Shown: positions 42,576 through 51,227 of the stretch, piece after piece
Numbering within the stretch: the first letter of the stretch is position 1
How the letters are laid out: each line of letters begins with the position of its first letter
DNA from: an uncultured Syntrophobacterales bacterium
GTDB taxonomy: Bacteria; Desulfobacterota; BSN033; WVXP01; G020346125
Assembly (NCBI GenBank): GCA_964346945.1
Contig: CAYFXL010000001.1
Coordinates: 626 to 64,625, forward strand
Direction: 5' to 3'
Length of the DNA: 64,000 nucleotides
Notes under the pieces: generated by a model
The model's input: only the letters and a program-made list of their open reading frames with translations
Databases searched by the model: none
Told to the model about the DNA's origin: nothing
Made by a program: the position numbers and the translations under genes

Positions 42576-43544
42576 ATGCGAAAGGCCATTGTATCCATTC
42601 TCATTTTAGTCATCTTCGGTCTATCCGAGGGAATGTGCGGGGCAACGATCATTGACAAGATCGTCGCCATCGTCAACGGTGAAATCATCACCCTTGCTGA
42701 GCTGGAACGGTATTATTCAGAAACGCGGGACGGGTCAAAGACCCCCGGTAATCCAGAGGAGAAGGGAGCTAAGATCCTCGAGTCGAGAGGGGAGGCCCTC
42801 GATCGTCTTATAGAGGAGAAGTTGGTGGATCAACAGTGCAAAAAACAGTCAATAAAGGTATCGGCAAGGGATCTCGATATGGCCATCGAAGATGTAAAGA
42901 GGGTAAACGCCATAACCGATGAACAATTGAGGAGCGCCCTGATGGCAGAGGGATTGACCTTGGAGGATTACCGACAACAATTGAGGGAACAGATTAGAAG
43001 GGCCAGATTGATTTCTCGGGTAGTCAGGAAGGAGGTTATCGTCGACGACGAGAGGCTCAAAAGGTTCTACAGTGAACACATCGAGCGATTCAAGGAGCCT
43101 GACCAGATCCGGGCAAGCCACATTTTGATCATGATCCCTCAGGGTGCCGAGGACTTGCTGGTGGAGGCCCTTCGTCATAAAGGGGAAACGACCTTAGAGA
43201 GGTTGCGTCGGGGCGAGGACTTCCAAGAACTTGCCCGTTTATACTCCGACGACGCATCTGCCAAAAACGGGGGCGATCTGGGTTTTTTTAAAAAGGGCGA
43301 GCTTCTTCCCGAATTCGAGAGGGCCACTCTTAGCCTCCAACCGGGGCAGGTCAGCGGCTTAGTTAGAACGAAAATAGGGTTTCACATCATCAAGGTCACC
43401 GAGATAAAAGAGGGATCAGTTATTCCTTACGAGGAGGTGACGGAGAAGGTTAGGAATCACTACATCCAAGAGGAGTCCAAGAGGTTATATAAGGCCTGGA
43501 TAGAGAAGGTTAAGGCAGAATCCTTCATAGAGGTGAAATTATGA
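42576..43544 (+). CDS. surA: SurA-like periplasmic chaperone / parvulin PPIase
   Basis: Signal peptide; IVAIVNGEIITLAELE SurA N-domain start; parvulin core ASHILIM..GGDLGFFKKGELLPEFE..KIGFHIIKV. Followed by pdxA, as in the E. coli surA-pdxA arrangement. Confidence 0.75.
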   Translation: MRKAIVSILILVIFGLSEGMCGATIIDKIVAIVNGEIITLAELERYYSETRDGSKTPGNPEEKGAKILESRGEALDRLIEEKLVDQQCKKQSIKVSARDLDMAIEDVKRVNAITDEQLRSALMAEGLTLEDYRQQLREQIRRARLISRVVRKEVIVDDERLKRFYSEHIERFKEPDQIRASHILIMIPQGAEDLLVEALRHKGETTLERLRRGEDFQELARLYSDDASAKNGGDLGFFKKGELLPEFERATLSLQPGQVSGLVRTKIGFHIIKVTEIKEGSVIPYEEVTEKVRNHYIQEESKRLYKAWIEKVKAESFIEVKL

Positions 43545-43660
43545 TTCAACCCGGCCGGGGTCCCCTTTGAATTCTCCTGAATATCTCGATAGCGTGCGCA
43601 CCTAATCGCGCGTTTCTGAATTCGGCTGACGAACGGATACATGCCGCGCAGGTCTTTTTC

Positions 43661-44665
43661 GTGGACAAGAGGGGCATGCCACTACCTACCATCGGGATCA
43701 CCATGGGAGATCCCGTTGGAATCGGGCCGGAAATCATAGTCAAGGCCTTGGCTCAAGAAGAGGTGTTTGCCTATTGCAGACCATTGGTTTTCGGTGATGC
43801 AAATGTCCTCAGTGAGGCCAACAGGGCTCTCAATACCCCCTGTAAAATAAACGCGGTAAGAGGGGTCGAAGAGGCAAAGGGCACTCCGGGAACGATTGAC
43901 CTCATTGAGCTGAGCCGTACCGATCTCAACGGGTTTCGATTTGGAACTCCCAAAAAATCCTATGCAGGCCAAATAATGCGGTATCTCGAAACGGCCTTAT
44001 CCTTTGCCATGGATGGAAGGATCAACGGGATGACTACATGCCCCATCAATAAGGGGTTTCTCAATGACGCTGGATATCCCTTCACCGGACACACGGAGTT
44101 TTTGGCCCAACGGACCAAAAGTGCTCCCGTCGTGATGATGTTGGCCACCCCACGGCTCAAGGTAGCCCTAGTGACAACCCATTGCCCCCTGAGGGATGTC
44201 CCGGGATTGATCACCCAGGAAGGAATCATGGACACGATAAGGATCACGGACTCCGCCTTGAGGAGTTCATTTGGGATACCAAACCCTCAGTTGGCCGTTG
44301 CCTCTCTAAACCCCCACGCCGGGGAGGATGGATTGTTCGGGGATGAGGAGAAGACATCCATCCTTCCCGCCATCCATGGTTGTAGAAGAGCGGGCGTCAA
44401 CGTTGTGGGACCGTTAGCTAGCGACTCTCTCTTCCACTTTGCCGTAGAGGGGATCTACGACGCCGTGGTCTGCATGTATCACGATCAAGGCTTGATCCCC
44501 ATTAAGTTGATGGGGTTCACAAAGGCTGTCAACGTGACCCTGGGGCTGTCCATCATCAGGACTTCGGTCGACCACGGAACCGCCTATGACATAGCGGGAA
44601 GTGGAGTCGCCGATCCATCGAGTCTTATTGAGGCAATTATCGTAGCAAGCAAGATGGCCAGGTAA
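43661..44665 (+). CDS. pdxA: 4-hydroxythreonine-4-phosphate dehydrogenase
   Basis: IGITMGDPVGIGPEI; GHTEFLA; MYHDQGLIPIK; SVDHGTAYDIAG. The start is probably the internal ATG at 43676. Confidence 0.93.
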   Translation: MDKRGMPLPTIGITMGDPVGIGPEIIVKALAQEEVFAYCRPLVFGDANVLSEANRALNTPCKINAVRGVEEAKGTPGTIDLIELSRTDLNGFRFGTPKKSYAGQIMRYLETALSFAMDGRINGMTTCPINKGFLNDAGYPFTGHTEFLAQRTKSAPVVMMLATPRLKVALVTTHCPLRDVPGLITQEGIMDTIRITDSALRSSFGIPNPQLAVASLNPHAGEDGLFGDEEKTSILPAIHGCRRAGVNVVGPLASDSLFHFAVEGIYDAVVCMYHDQGLIPIKLMGFTKAVNVTLGLSIIRTSVDHGTAYDIAGSGVADPSSLIEAIIVASKMAR

Positions 44666-44740
44666 AGGGGAAAAAATATTGACAAATCGATATAATTGGT
44701 TTATGAGGAATTGTGAAATTTGTCTCAAAAGGAGGGCAAA

Positions 44741-45535
44741 GTGAAGATTGTCGCATGCATTAAACAAGTCCCCGATACTACCGACGTGAAGATTAATCCG
44801 GAAACCAGAACCCTCGTTCGGGAAGGGGTGGAGAGCATTACCAATCCCTTCGATGAATACGCGTTGGAGGAAGCCCTCCTGACCAGGGAAAAATATGGGG
44901 GGGAAGTACATGCCATCACCATGGGTCCTCCCCAGGCCATCGAGGTGCTTAAGAATGCCTTGGCCATTGGGTCTGACTATGCCTATCTCATTTCGGACAA
45001 TTCCTTTGCGGGGTCCGATACCTGGGCAACGGCCTATACCATTGCTCATGCCATTAAGAAAATCGGTGCGGTGGATTTGGTAATCTGCGGAAAGCAGGCA
45101 ATCGACGGAGACACGGCCCAAGTTGGCCCAGGAGTGGCAACTCAGTTGGGCATCCCCCAGTTGACTTACGTCTCAAAGGTACGGGAGATCGATCCAAAAA
45201 ACAAGAGGATTGTGGTTGAGAGGATGCTGGAGGATGGAAAGGAAATCGTTGAATCCTCTCTCCCCGCCCTCATTACCGTAGTCAAGGATATCAATGAACC
45301 TCGGCTTCCATCTCTCCTCGGCATAAAGAAAGCTGCCAAAGCCGAAATACCAACCTGGACTATCGAGGATTTGCCGTTAGAGAGGGCAAAGTGTGGTCTA
45401 GAAGGTTCCCCAACCGAGGTGATTAGAGTCTTTACGCCGGAACAAAGGGGAGGTGGAGAGATTTTGGAGGGAGAACTGACCGAGACCATTCCCCTCCTGA
45501 CAGATCAACTGATGGAGGCGAAGGTAATCAAATAG
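44741..45535 (+). CDS. etfB: Electron transfer flavoprotein beta subunit
   Basis: KIVACIKQVPDTTDVKINPETRTLVREG..; VICGKQAIDGDTAQVGP. The GTG at 44741 has AGGAGG 5 nt upstream. Confidence 0.9.
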   Translation: MKIVACIKQVPDTTDVKINPETRTLVREGVESITNPFDEYALEEALLTREKYGGEVHAITMGPPQAIEVLKNALAIGSDYAYLISDNSFAGSDTWATAYTIAHAIKKIGAVDLVICGKQAIDGDTAQVGPGVATQLGIPQLTYVSKVREIDPKNKRIVVERMLEDGKEIVESSLPALITVVKDINEPRLPSLLGIKKAAKAEIPTWTIEDLPLERAKCGLEGSPTEVIRVFTPEQRGGGEILEGELTETIPLLTDQLMEAKVIK

Positions 45536-45545
45536 GGAGGAGTAA

Positions 45546-46745
45546 ATGGCCAAATTATTGATCGATGAAGAAGCATGTACCGGGTGTGAGGCCTGCGTGG
45601 ATGAATGCCCTTATGGGGCTCTGGAGATGAAGGGCGATGTCGTATCGGTCAATGAGAAGTGTACCTTTTGTGGGGCGTGCGTTGATGTCTGTCCCGTTGA
45701 GGCCCTCACTTTGGAAAAGGAGGAAAAAGAGGGTGAAGGTATTGATATCAAGGAGTATAAAGACGTCTGGGTATTCATCGAACACAAAGGGGGAAAGATC
45801 GCCAACGTCAGCTTGGAGCTCCTTGGGGAGGGGAGAAAGCTCGCTCATTCTCTAGGATGCGCACTCGCCGGAATGCTCATGGGTGATGGTGTCGAGGAAT
45901 GCGCCCAAGAAGCCATAAAGTATGGGGCGGACAAGGTTTACCTGACCGAAAGCCCCATCTTAAGGGAATACACGACCGACGCTTTTACGGCGGGTGCCGT
46001 CAATTTGATCAAGCAATACAAGCCCGAAATCGTGATCTTCGGGGCATCGACCCAAGGGCGCGATTTCGCGGGAACCGTTGCAACCACTTTATATACGGGG
46101 TTGACGGCTGATTGTACGGGACTCGATATCGATCCCGAAACAAGATTACTGAGACAAACCCGTCCCGCCTTCGGTGGCAACATCATGGCTACCATCCTGT
46201 GTCAAAAGCACAGGCCCCAGATGGCCACCGTGAGACCCAAGGTCTTCGCCATGCCGGAAAAGGAGAATTCCAGGACGGGTGAAATCATTCGAGAACAGTT
46301 GCCCATTGGCGAGGATGAGGTAAGAACCAAGATTCTGGATTTCCTTCAGGTGGCCGAAACGGTTAACCTGGTGGATGCGGAGGTCATCGTCTCCGGTGGA
46401 AGGGGAGTGGGCGGCGGTGAGAACTTCGCCGTTATCCGTGGGCTCGCAGATGTTTTGGGAGGAGCGGTAGGTGCATCCCGTGCCGCCGTAGATGCGGGCT
46501 GGATTCCCTACGAACATCAAGTCGGCCAGACGGGTCGAACGGTAAGGCCTAAAATCTATATCGCCTGCGGAATCTCCGGGTCCGTCCAACACCAGGCGGG
46601 GATGAAGACCTCGGACATCATTGTCGCCATCAATAAAGACCGGGAGGCTCCCATCTTTAAAATCGCGACGTATGGGATTGTAGGGGACCTCTTCGAGGCT
46701 GTTCCCATGTTGACTCAGGAATTCAAAAAACGGCTGGGCAAGTAG
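45546..46745 (+). CDS. etfA: Electron transfer flavoprotein alpha subunit with N-terminal 2x[4Fe-4S] ferredoxin domain
   Basis: CTGCEACVDECP and CTFCGACVDVCP, followed by the EtfA core (VVSGGRGVG..; IACGISGSVQHQAGM). Confidence 0.9.
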   Translation: MAKLLIDEEACTGCEACVDECPYGALEMKGDVVSVNEKCTFCGACVDVCPVEALTLEKEEKEGEGIDIKEYKDVWVFIEHKGGKIANVSLELLGEGRKLAHSLGCALAGMLMGDGVEECAQEAIKYGADKVYLTESPILREYTTDAFTAGAVNLIKQYKPEIVIFGASTQGRDFAGTVATTLYTGLTADCTGLDIDPETRLLRQTRPAFGGNIMATILCQKHRPQMATVRPKVFAMPEKENSRTGEIIREQLPIGEDEVRTKILDFLQVAETVNLVDAEVIVSGGRGVGGGENFAVIRGLADVLGGAVGASRAAVDAGWIPYEHQVGQTGRTVRPKIYIACGISGSVQHQAGMKTSDIIVAINKDREAPIFKIATYGIVGDLFEAVPMLTQEFKKRLGK

Positions 46746-46943
46746 ACCACAGTTGAATGGCTCGCCCTAGTTAGGCGATCTGTCCCCCGGATGGGACACA
46801 GTGCTGTCTTACGTTTCCTTTGGGTAAGCTCAAGATCCGCGAACCATCCCCCCACCGACCATATCACAGAGGAAGAAGGAGAAGACAAAGGCAATCCTCC
46901 CACTCAGATGGGTTCTCCGCCGAAGACAAGTAAAAGAAAATCC

Positions 46944-46972
46944 TTGATTTTTTGCACTTCTTCGATCATAAT
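46944..46972 (+). promoter_or_regulatory. sigma70-type promoter
   Basis: TTGATT (46944-46949), 17 nt, CATAAT (46967-46972). It lies 40 nt upstream of the 47012 ATG. Confidence 0.5.
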
Positions 46973-47011
46973 GATTTGTAGTAAATGGTGTAAGAAACGG
47001 CAGGGGAACTT

Positions 47012-48094
47012 ATGATCGTCGAATGCGAAGTTTGTCAGACCAAGTATAACTTAGAGAATTCAAAAATCACGGCACAAGGGGTGAAGGTCCGATGCGTGAA
47101 ATGCCAGAATATCTTTTCCGTCACACCTCCTTCAGCAACTCCGCCTACTCCGCCTTCGCCACCCACCCCATCTCCTCCAGAGCCGGCGGGAGATGATTTC
47201 CTCCAGGACTTCGAATCCTTCGAAAAATTTCATAAGGACTTGATGGATACGCCCGCGCCGGAAGCAGGGCCATTCGTGGATGAGGAGAGCATATTTGAGA
47301 GGGAGATGGTTGACAAGATTTCCGGGGATACGGGGGAGGTGCCTTCTCCGGAGGTCTCGAGCATGGCGGAGTTCTCCACCGAGGAATGGCCAAGCCCTTC
47401 CCTCGATCAGCAGGAAAAACCGGAACCCATCGAGGAGGAGATGGATGTCCCCACCTTCGACATGAGGGGATTGGAGGATCAAAGCTATTTCGAGAGCCCA
47501 AGGGTGACCCCCAAGAAGAGAAAAACATCTAAGGCCTTCGTGTTGATCGGCATTCTTCTTGTCATAGCCTTAGGAGGATTCTACCTCTGGACTGAAAAAG
47601 GGATGAAACTCAGCCTCCCTGGAAATATCCCGTCTTTCCTCAAGGCCATTCCGGAGAGGCTCACATCCGTACCGGAGAAGCTCAAATCCGTATGGGAGGA
47701 CATCAGGGGAAAAGAAAGGGGAAGCTTAAGCTTTTCCGATTTGGAGGGTTATAAGGATACCATCGGTGAAGTCCCCGTCTTTGTGATTACGGGCAAAATA
47801 TTAAATGAGACAAACAAAACGAAGAAGTACGTGAGGATCAAGGCCACTTTATTAAACGATAAGAATAAGGTATTGGATGAGAAACAGACTCTGTGCGGCA
47901 GCTATTTTACCAACGAAGATCTAAAGAAACTTCCCCCCCGTTTCATAAGGGGAGAGTTCAAGATCCGACCGCCGGCGCCAAACCAGATGCGCGTCGCCCC
48001 CCAAATGACCGTTCCCTTTATCGTTATCTTCCCCAATATGTCCCCTGACGCTCAGGAGTTTGAAGTAGAAATCATTGAACACCCAAATGCTTAG
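47012..48094 (+). CDS. MJ0042-type zinc-ribbon protein with Pro-rich linker, one TM helix and DUF3426-like C-domain
   Basis: MIVECEVCQTKYNLE...VRCVKCQNIFSV; PPSATPPTPPSPPTPSPPEP; TM FVLIGILLVIALGGFYLW. Confidence 0.75.
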   Translation: MIVECEVCQTKYNLENSKITAQGVKVRCVKCQNIFSVTPPSATPPTPPSPPTPSPPEPAGDDFLQDFESFEKFHKDLMDTPAPEAGPFVDEESIFEREMVDKISGDTGEVPSPEVSSMAEFSTEEWPSPSLDQQEKPEPIEEEMDVPTFDMRGLEDQSYFESPRVTPKKRKTSKAFVLIGILLVIALGGFYLWTEKGMKLSLPGNIPSFLKAIPERLTSVPEKLKSVWEDIRGKERGSLSFSDLEGYKDTIGEVPVFVITGKILNETNKTKKYVRIKATLLNDKNKVLDEKQTLCGSYFTNEDLKKLPPRFIRGEFKIRPPAPNQMRVAPQMTVPFIVIFPNMSPDAQEFEVEIIEHPNA

Positions 48095-48366
48095 ATCCGT
48101 TGTCGGATCGGGTTTAGAACCTCTTCGTCCTCGACAATAACCCCGAACAGCTTCTTCATGCCACTACATTGGATTCATCCATTATGGCATTGCCCTCGGC
48201 CTTCAGGGACACTCTTTGGAGCTCAAGGAAGGCTCTCCAGACCTCATTGAAGGTTCTGGCCAAGGTGTGTCGTCTGCCGCCATTCTGACTACCACGTCAC
48301 CTCCCCCTCAACTGCTCCCACTTTTTCGAAAACCAAACCCCGGACTAGAGCGAGTGGTTTAGCTTC

Positions 48367-48396
48367 TTGAAATGTGGGATTATTTCATATTATTAT
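48367..48396 (+). promoter_or_regulatory. sigma70-type promoter upstream of selD
   Basis: TTGAAA (48367-48372), 18 nt, TATTAT (48391-48396). Confidence 0.45.
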
Positions 48397-48445
48397 GGAT
48401 CAATTATTTAACTACATGTCACTCATGGGAGATAAGGGAAATTAA

Positions 48446-49492
48446 ATGGAAGAAGATTTTATTCGGTTGACGCATTATGCCAAGGCGGCGGGTTGAGCTG
48501 CAAAGATCGGTCCAGGGGACCTGGATCAAATCCTCCAAGATCTTCCCTTGTCAAGTCACCCGGATCTCCTGGTGGGAATCGAACATCTGGACGATGCCGG
48601 GGTATATCGATTGACCGATGATATTGCCCTCGTCCAGACCATTGACTTCTTCACACCCATCGTGGACGACCCCTTCAGCTTCGGGCAGATTGCCGCGGCC
48701 AATGCACTGAGCGATGTCTATGCCATGGGGGGTAAACCCCTCACGGCTATGAACGTAGTTGCCTTTCCCATCAAGAAGTTGGGAAGTAGCATCCTCAAGG
48801 AAATCCTGATGGGGGGATACTCGAAGGTCCAGGAGTCCGGCGCACTGATAGTTGGAGGACACAGCATCGACGATGTCGATATCAAGTACGGCCTTTCCGT
48901 TACTGGGGTTGTTCACCCCAACAGAATATTGACCAATGCCCGTGCCCGACCGGGAGATCGACTCATCTTGACTAAACCCCTGGGAACGGGGATCATTACC
49001 ACTGCCGTCAAGGGGGGAATAGCCTCCCAGGAGGCGATTACGAAAATTACCGAAAGTATGACAACGTTGAATCGAGCAGCTTCTGAGGTGATGTTGGAAG
49101 TCGGGGTTAACGCCTGTACGGACATCACTGGTTTCGGCCTCCTGGGTCATGCTTTGGAGATGGCCATGGCCAGCGAGGTTGCCATCGTTATCCAATCGCA
49201 ATCCGTTCCCATTTTCCCCGAAACAGAGGAGTATGCTTCCAGGGGGATGGTACCAGGAGGAACCGGGAGGAACCGAGATTTCTCATCGTGCAGGCTTGAG
49301 ATCTCGGGGCCCGTCCCTAATGGAAGGATGGACATCCTCTCTGACCCTCAAACTTCGGGGGGACTTCTCATCTCAGTTGAAGGGAAAAGGGTCAAAATCT
49401 TCCTGGAACAACTCCATCGCAGAGGCGTGCAGTGGTCGACCGTAATTGGCGAGGTTGTCGAAGACCCAAAGGGAAAGATTGTACTGGAGTGA
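48446..49492 (+). CDS. selD: Selenide, water dikinase (selenophosphate synthetase), selenocysteine-containing form
   Basis: The ATG at 48446 reads MEEDFIRLTHYAKAAG-U-AAKIGPGDL... straight into track ORF 48548-49492. The in-frame TGA at 48494-48496 is codon 17, with Lys at codon 20, matching the positions of catalytic Cys17 and Lys20 in E. coli SelD. The track ORF lacks this N-terminus. Confidence 0.88.
48505..48527 (+). promoter_or_regulatory. SECIS-like hairpin downstream of the selD UGA
   Basis: GATCGGTCC-AGG-GGACC(TG)GATC: 9 bp with a 2-nt bulge, starting 9 nt after the UGA. Confidence 0.55.
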
Positions 49493-49529
49493 TCACTCAC
49501 TCCAGGGGAGTTCGGTAGTCATTGAGTAA

Positions 49530-49547
49530 AGGGGCCGTTTGGCCCCT
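49530..49547. terminator. GC-rich hairpin between convergent selD and a radical SAM gene (possible bidirectional terminator)
   Basis: AGGGGCC-GTTT-GGCCCCT, a perfect 7-bp stem. There is no long T tract on either side. Confidence 0.45.
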
Positions 49548-49582
49548 ATCCCTATGCTTCGAATCCGTCACAATTCTGTCGT

Positions 49583-50698
49583 TCATAACTTTGGCCCTAT
49601 GTGCCCATAATCGGTTTGACAGATTACGGTTTTCAGCCCTCCTCGCGTCAGTATCCTATGGACCTCTACCATTTCATCATAGCTCGGCTTCACCAGATCG
49701 AGCCTCTTAAATTCTGGCCTGTAGTCTAAGACGCAGACCTGGACCTCAGGGTCTATCATATGCAACCTCTCTCCTATCAATCCTATTTCCTGAGGTGATA
49801 TCAGTTCCTTGTTGTACGGAATCCCTACCCCAATGAAAACCCCGCCCTTATACCTCTCAACCATGTATGTTGCTACATCCCATGCTGTATTCAAATACCT
49901 CTCAGCAAGTCCCCTATCTTCTATCCCTGTTATCCGCATAAATGTCTCTGGATAATATCCTTTGAGGTCTATGCCTATATCCGTCATCCCAGCCTCAACG
50001 AGGTCTTCGACATAATCCCTCGTCAGTATGGACGCGTTTGTATCAACATGAACCCGTGCATTTGGATCGGAGTTGAATCTTTTGAGCTCCCTCACGTATT
50101 CTACCAGCCATTTCCTGTTTAAGGTACATTCACCTCCGGAAATTGCCATCCTGTCAACCCCGAGTCCTTCCCTAGTGGTTGTCATAATCTCCGCTACCTC
50201 GCGAGGAGACAAAGCCTTACCCTCTCCCTTATACGTCGTCTCCCAGTTCTGACATTGAGGGCAAAGAAGGTTGCAGCCAGCGGCAAAACAGGCGGCCTCT
50301 ATATGCGTGTGACCGCCCTTCAGCCACCAGGGTGTTCCCACTCCGCCAACGGTATGCCCACTGAAACCATGGACTATTCTTCTGGGTATGTAATCCTCCG
50401 AAAGCCCTGTATCGACTGCAAGCCCATCCTCTACCCGCGTAATACACGCAGGCCTGATTTCTCCGTTTATCACAACAGCGCAACTCCAGCAGCCGCCGCG
50501 CGAGCACGGTGCGAATAGTGAGCCTTCCTGCGGATATGTTGATATTCTGTAACCGTTTATTTCCAGAGCCTTTTTGACCGTTATCCCACAACGGACTTTT
50601 ACCTTTGTACCATCCAACTCTATTGATACCTCTTTGTCCATTCTCTTCCCCGACCCCCCATCGGTCATATCCCCCTCAGCAAAGCTGGTGGCTCTCAT
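49583..50698 (-). CDS. Radical SAM protein with N-terminal 2Fe-2S-ferredoxin-like Cys-rich domain (PFL-activase-related)
   Basis: AACFAAGCNLLCPQCQNWE (CxxxCxxC). N-terminal CSRGGCWSCAVVINGEIRPAC. Glycine-rich SAM motif MAISGGECTL. The start may be internal (50668 or 50641). Confidence 0.75.
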   Translation of the reverse strand: MRATSFAEGDMTDGGSGKRMDKEVSIELDGTKVKVRCGITVKKALEINGYRISTYPQEGSLFAPCSRGGCWSCAVVINGEIRPACITRVEDGLAVDTGLSEDYIPRRIVHGFSGHTVGGVGTPWWLKGGHTHIEAACFAAGCNLLCPQCQNWETTYKGEGKALSPREVAEIMTTTREGLGVDRMAISGGECTLNRKWLVEYVRELKRFNSDPNARVHVDTNASILTRDYVEDLVEAGMTDIGIDLKGYYPETFMRITGIEDRGLAERYLNTAWDVATYMVERYKGGVFIGVGIPYNKELISPQEIGLIGERLHMIDPEVQVCVLDYRPEFKRLDLVKPSYDEMVEVHRILTRGGLKTVICQTDYGHIGPKL

Positions 50699-51026
50699 TG
50701 GTACCCGAATATATTCTTATTTTCTTCCTCAGCTTTATCAAGATCCAGCGCCCTCTCGTTATTTCAGCGAGAAATTGGCATTTCCAGAGGAGACCCTCCT
50801 CAATAACTCACTCCAGATGGTACCCAATCCATTTCCGCTATGAGTGATCCTCTGGGTAAATCTATCTTGATTGGATCCCTTTTAATTATGAGCAAATAAG
50901 AGATATTTCGAGAAAATTTGAGATTCAATTAGATTTTTGAATTTTTGAATACCCTTGGTAAAAAATCAAATAAATTGGGATAAAAACCAATAAACACAAT
51001 CCCTGGCAATCATCAAGAGCAAGGTT

Positions 51027-51054
51027 TTGATTTCGGGACTTTTTATGGTAATAA
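51027..51054 (+). promoter_or_regulatory. sigma70-type promoter driving the riboswitch leader
   Basis: TTGATT (51027-51032), 16 nt, TAATAA (51049-51054). The predicted start falls at the 5' strand of P1. Confidence 0.45.
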
Positions 51055-51057
51055 ATA

Positions 51058-51177
51058 GGTAACCGAAAGGCCAAACCATCCGTGAGGGTGAGACGGAAAG
51101 CCACGGGTCTAGCGGGGGAGATCCCCGAGCTTCCGAGATTTGACATCATAGATTTCTCTAGATAGCCGGGTTGCCGA
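51058..51177 (+). promoter_or_regulatory. GEMM-I (c-di-GMP-I class)-like riboswitch aptamer
   Basis: P1 is GGTAACC (51058-64) pairing with GGTTGCC (51169-75). GGCCAAACC is followed by hairpin CATCC-GTGA-GGGTG (GNRA loop), then GACGGAAAGCC, a long P3 (51104-51168) and GGGTTGCCGA. These strings parallel GGGCAAACC / GACGCAAAGCC / GGGUUACCGA of the V. cholerae Vc2 aptamer, as I recall it. Confidence 0.6.
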
Positions 51178-51203
51178 AGTGAATGGGTAACTCGGCTTTT
51201 TTT
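51164..51203 (+). terminator. Intrinsic terminator (riboswitch expression platform)
   Basis: AGCCGGGTTGCC pairs with GGTAACTCGGCT (12 bp, 2 G-U), with a 10-nt loop and a T7 tract. The 5' arm contains the P1 3' strand. The 3' arm repeats the GGTAAC of the P1 5' strand. Confidence 0.8.
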
Positions 51204-51227
51204 ATTCAACCAACAGGTCATGTAAAA

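Noticed and set aside
48150-48200. TGA-x-x-TGT (UxxC-like) pattern on the minus strand near selD, considered as a second selenoprotein.
   Set aside because: The same frame contains two further TGA codons and a TAG within about 150 nt. There is no start or SD and no SECIS-like hairpin.
49548-49582. T-loop-like TTCGAATCC string next to selD, considered as a possible tRNA-Sec (selC).
   Set aside because: The flanking sequence cannot form a T stem, acceptor stem or anticodon arm on either strand.
51183-51227. Track start codon of the lytic transglycosylase ORF at 51183.
   Set aside because: It lies inside the stem-loop and T tract of the intrinsic terminator (51164-51203), so translation must start downstream (51228 TTG or 51285 ATG).
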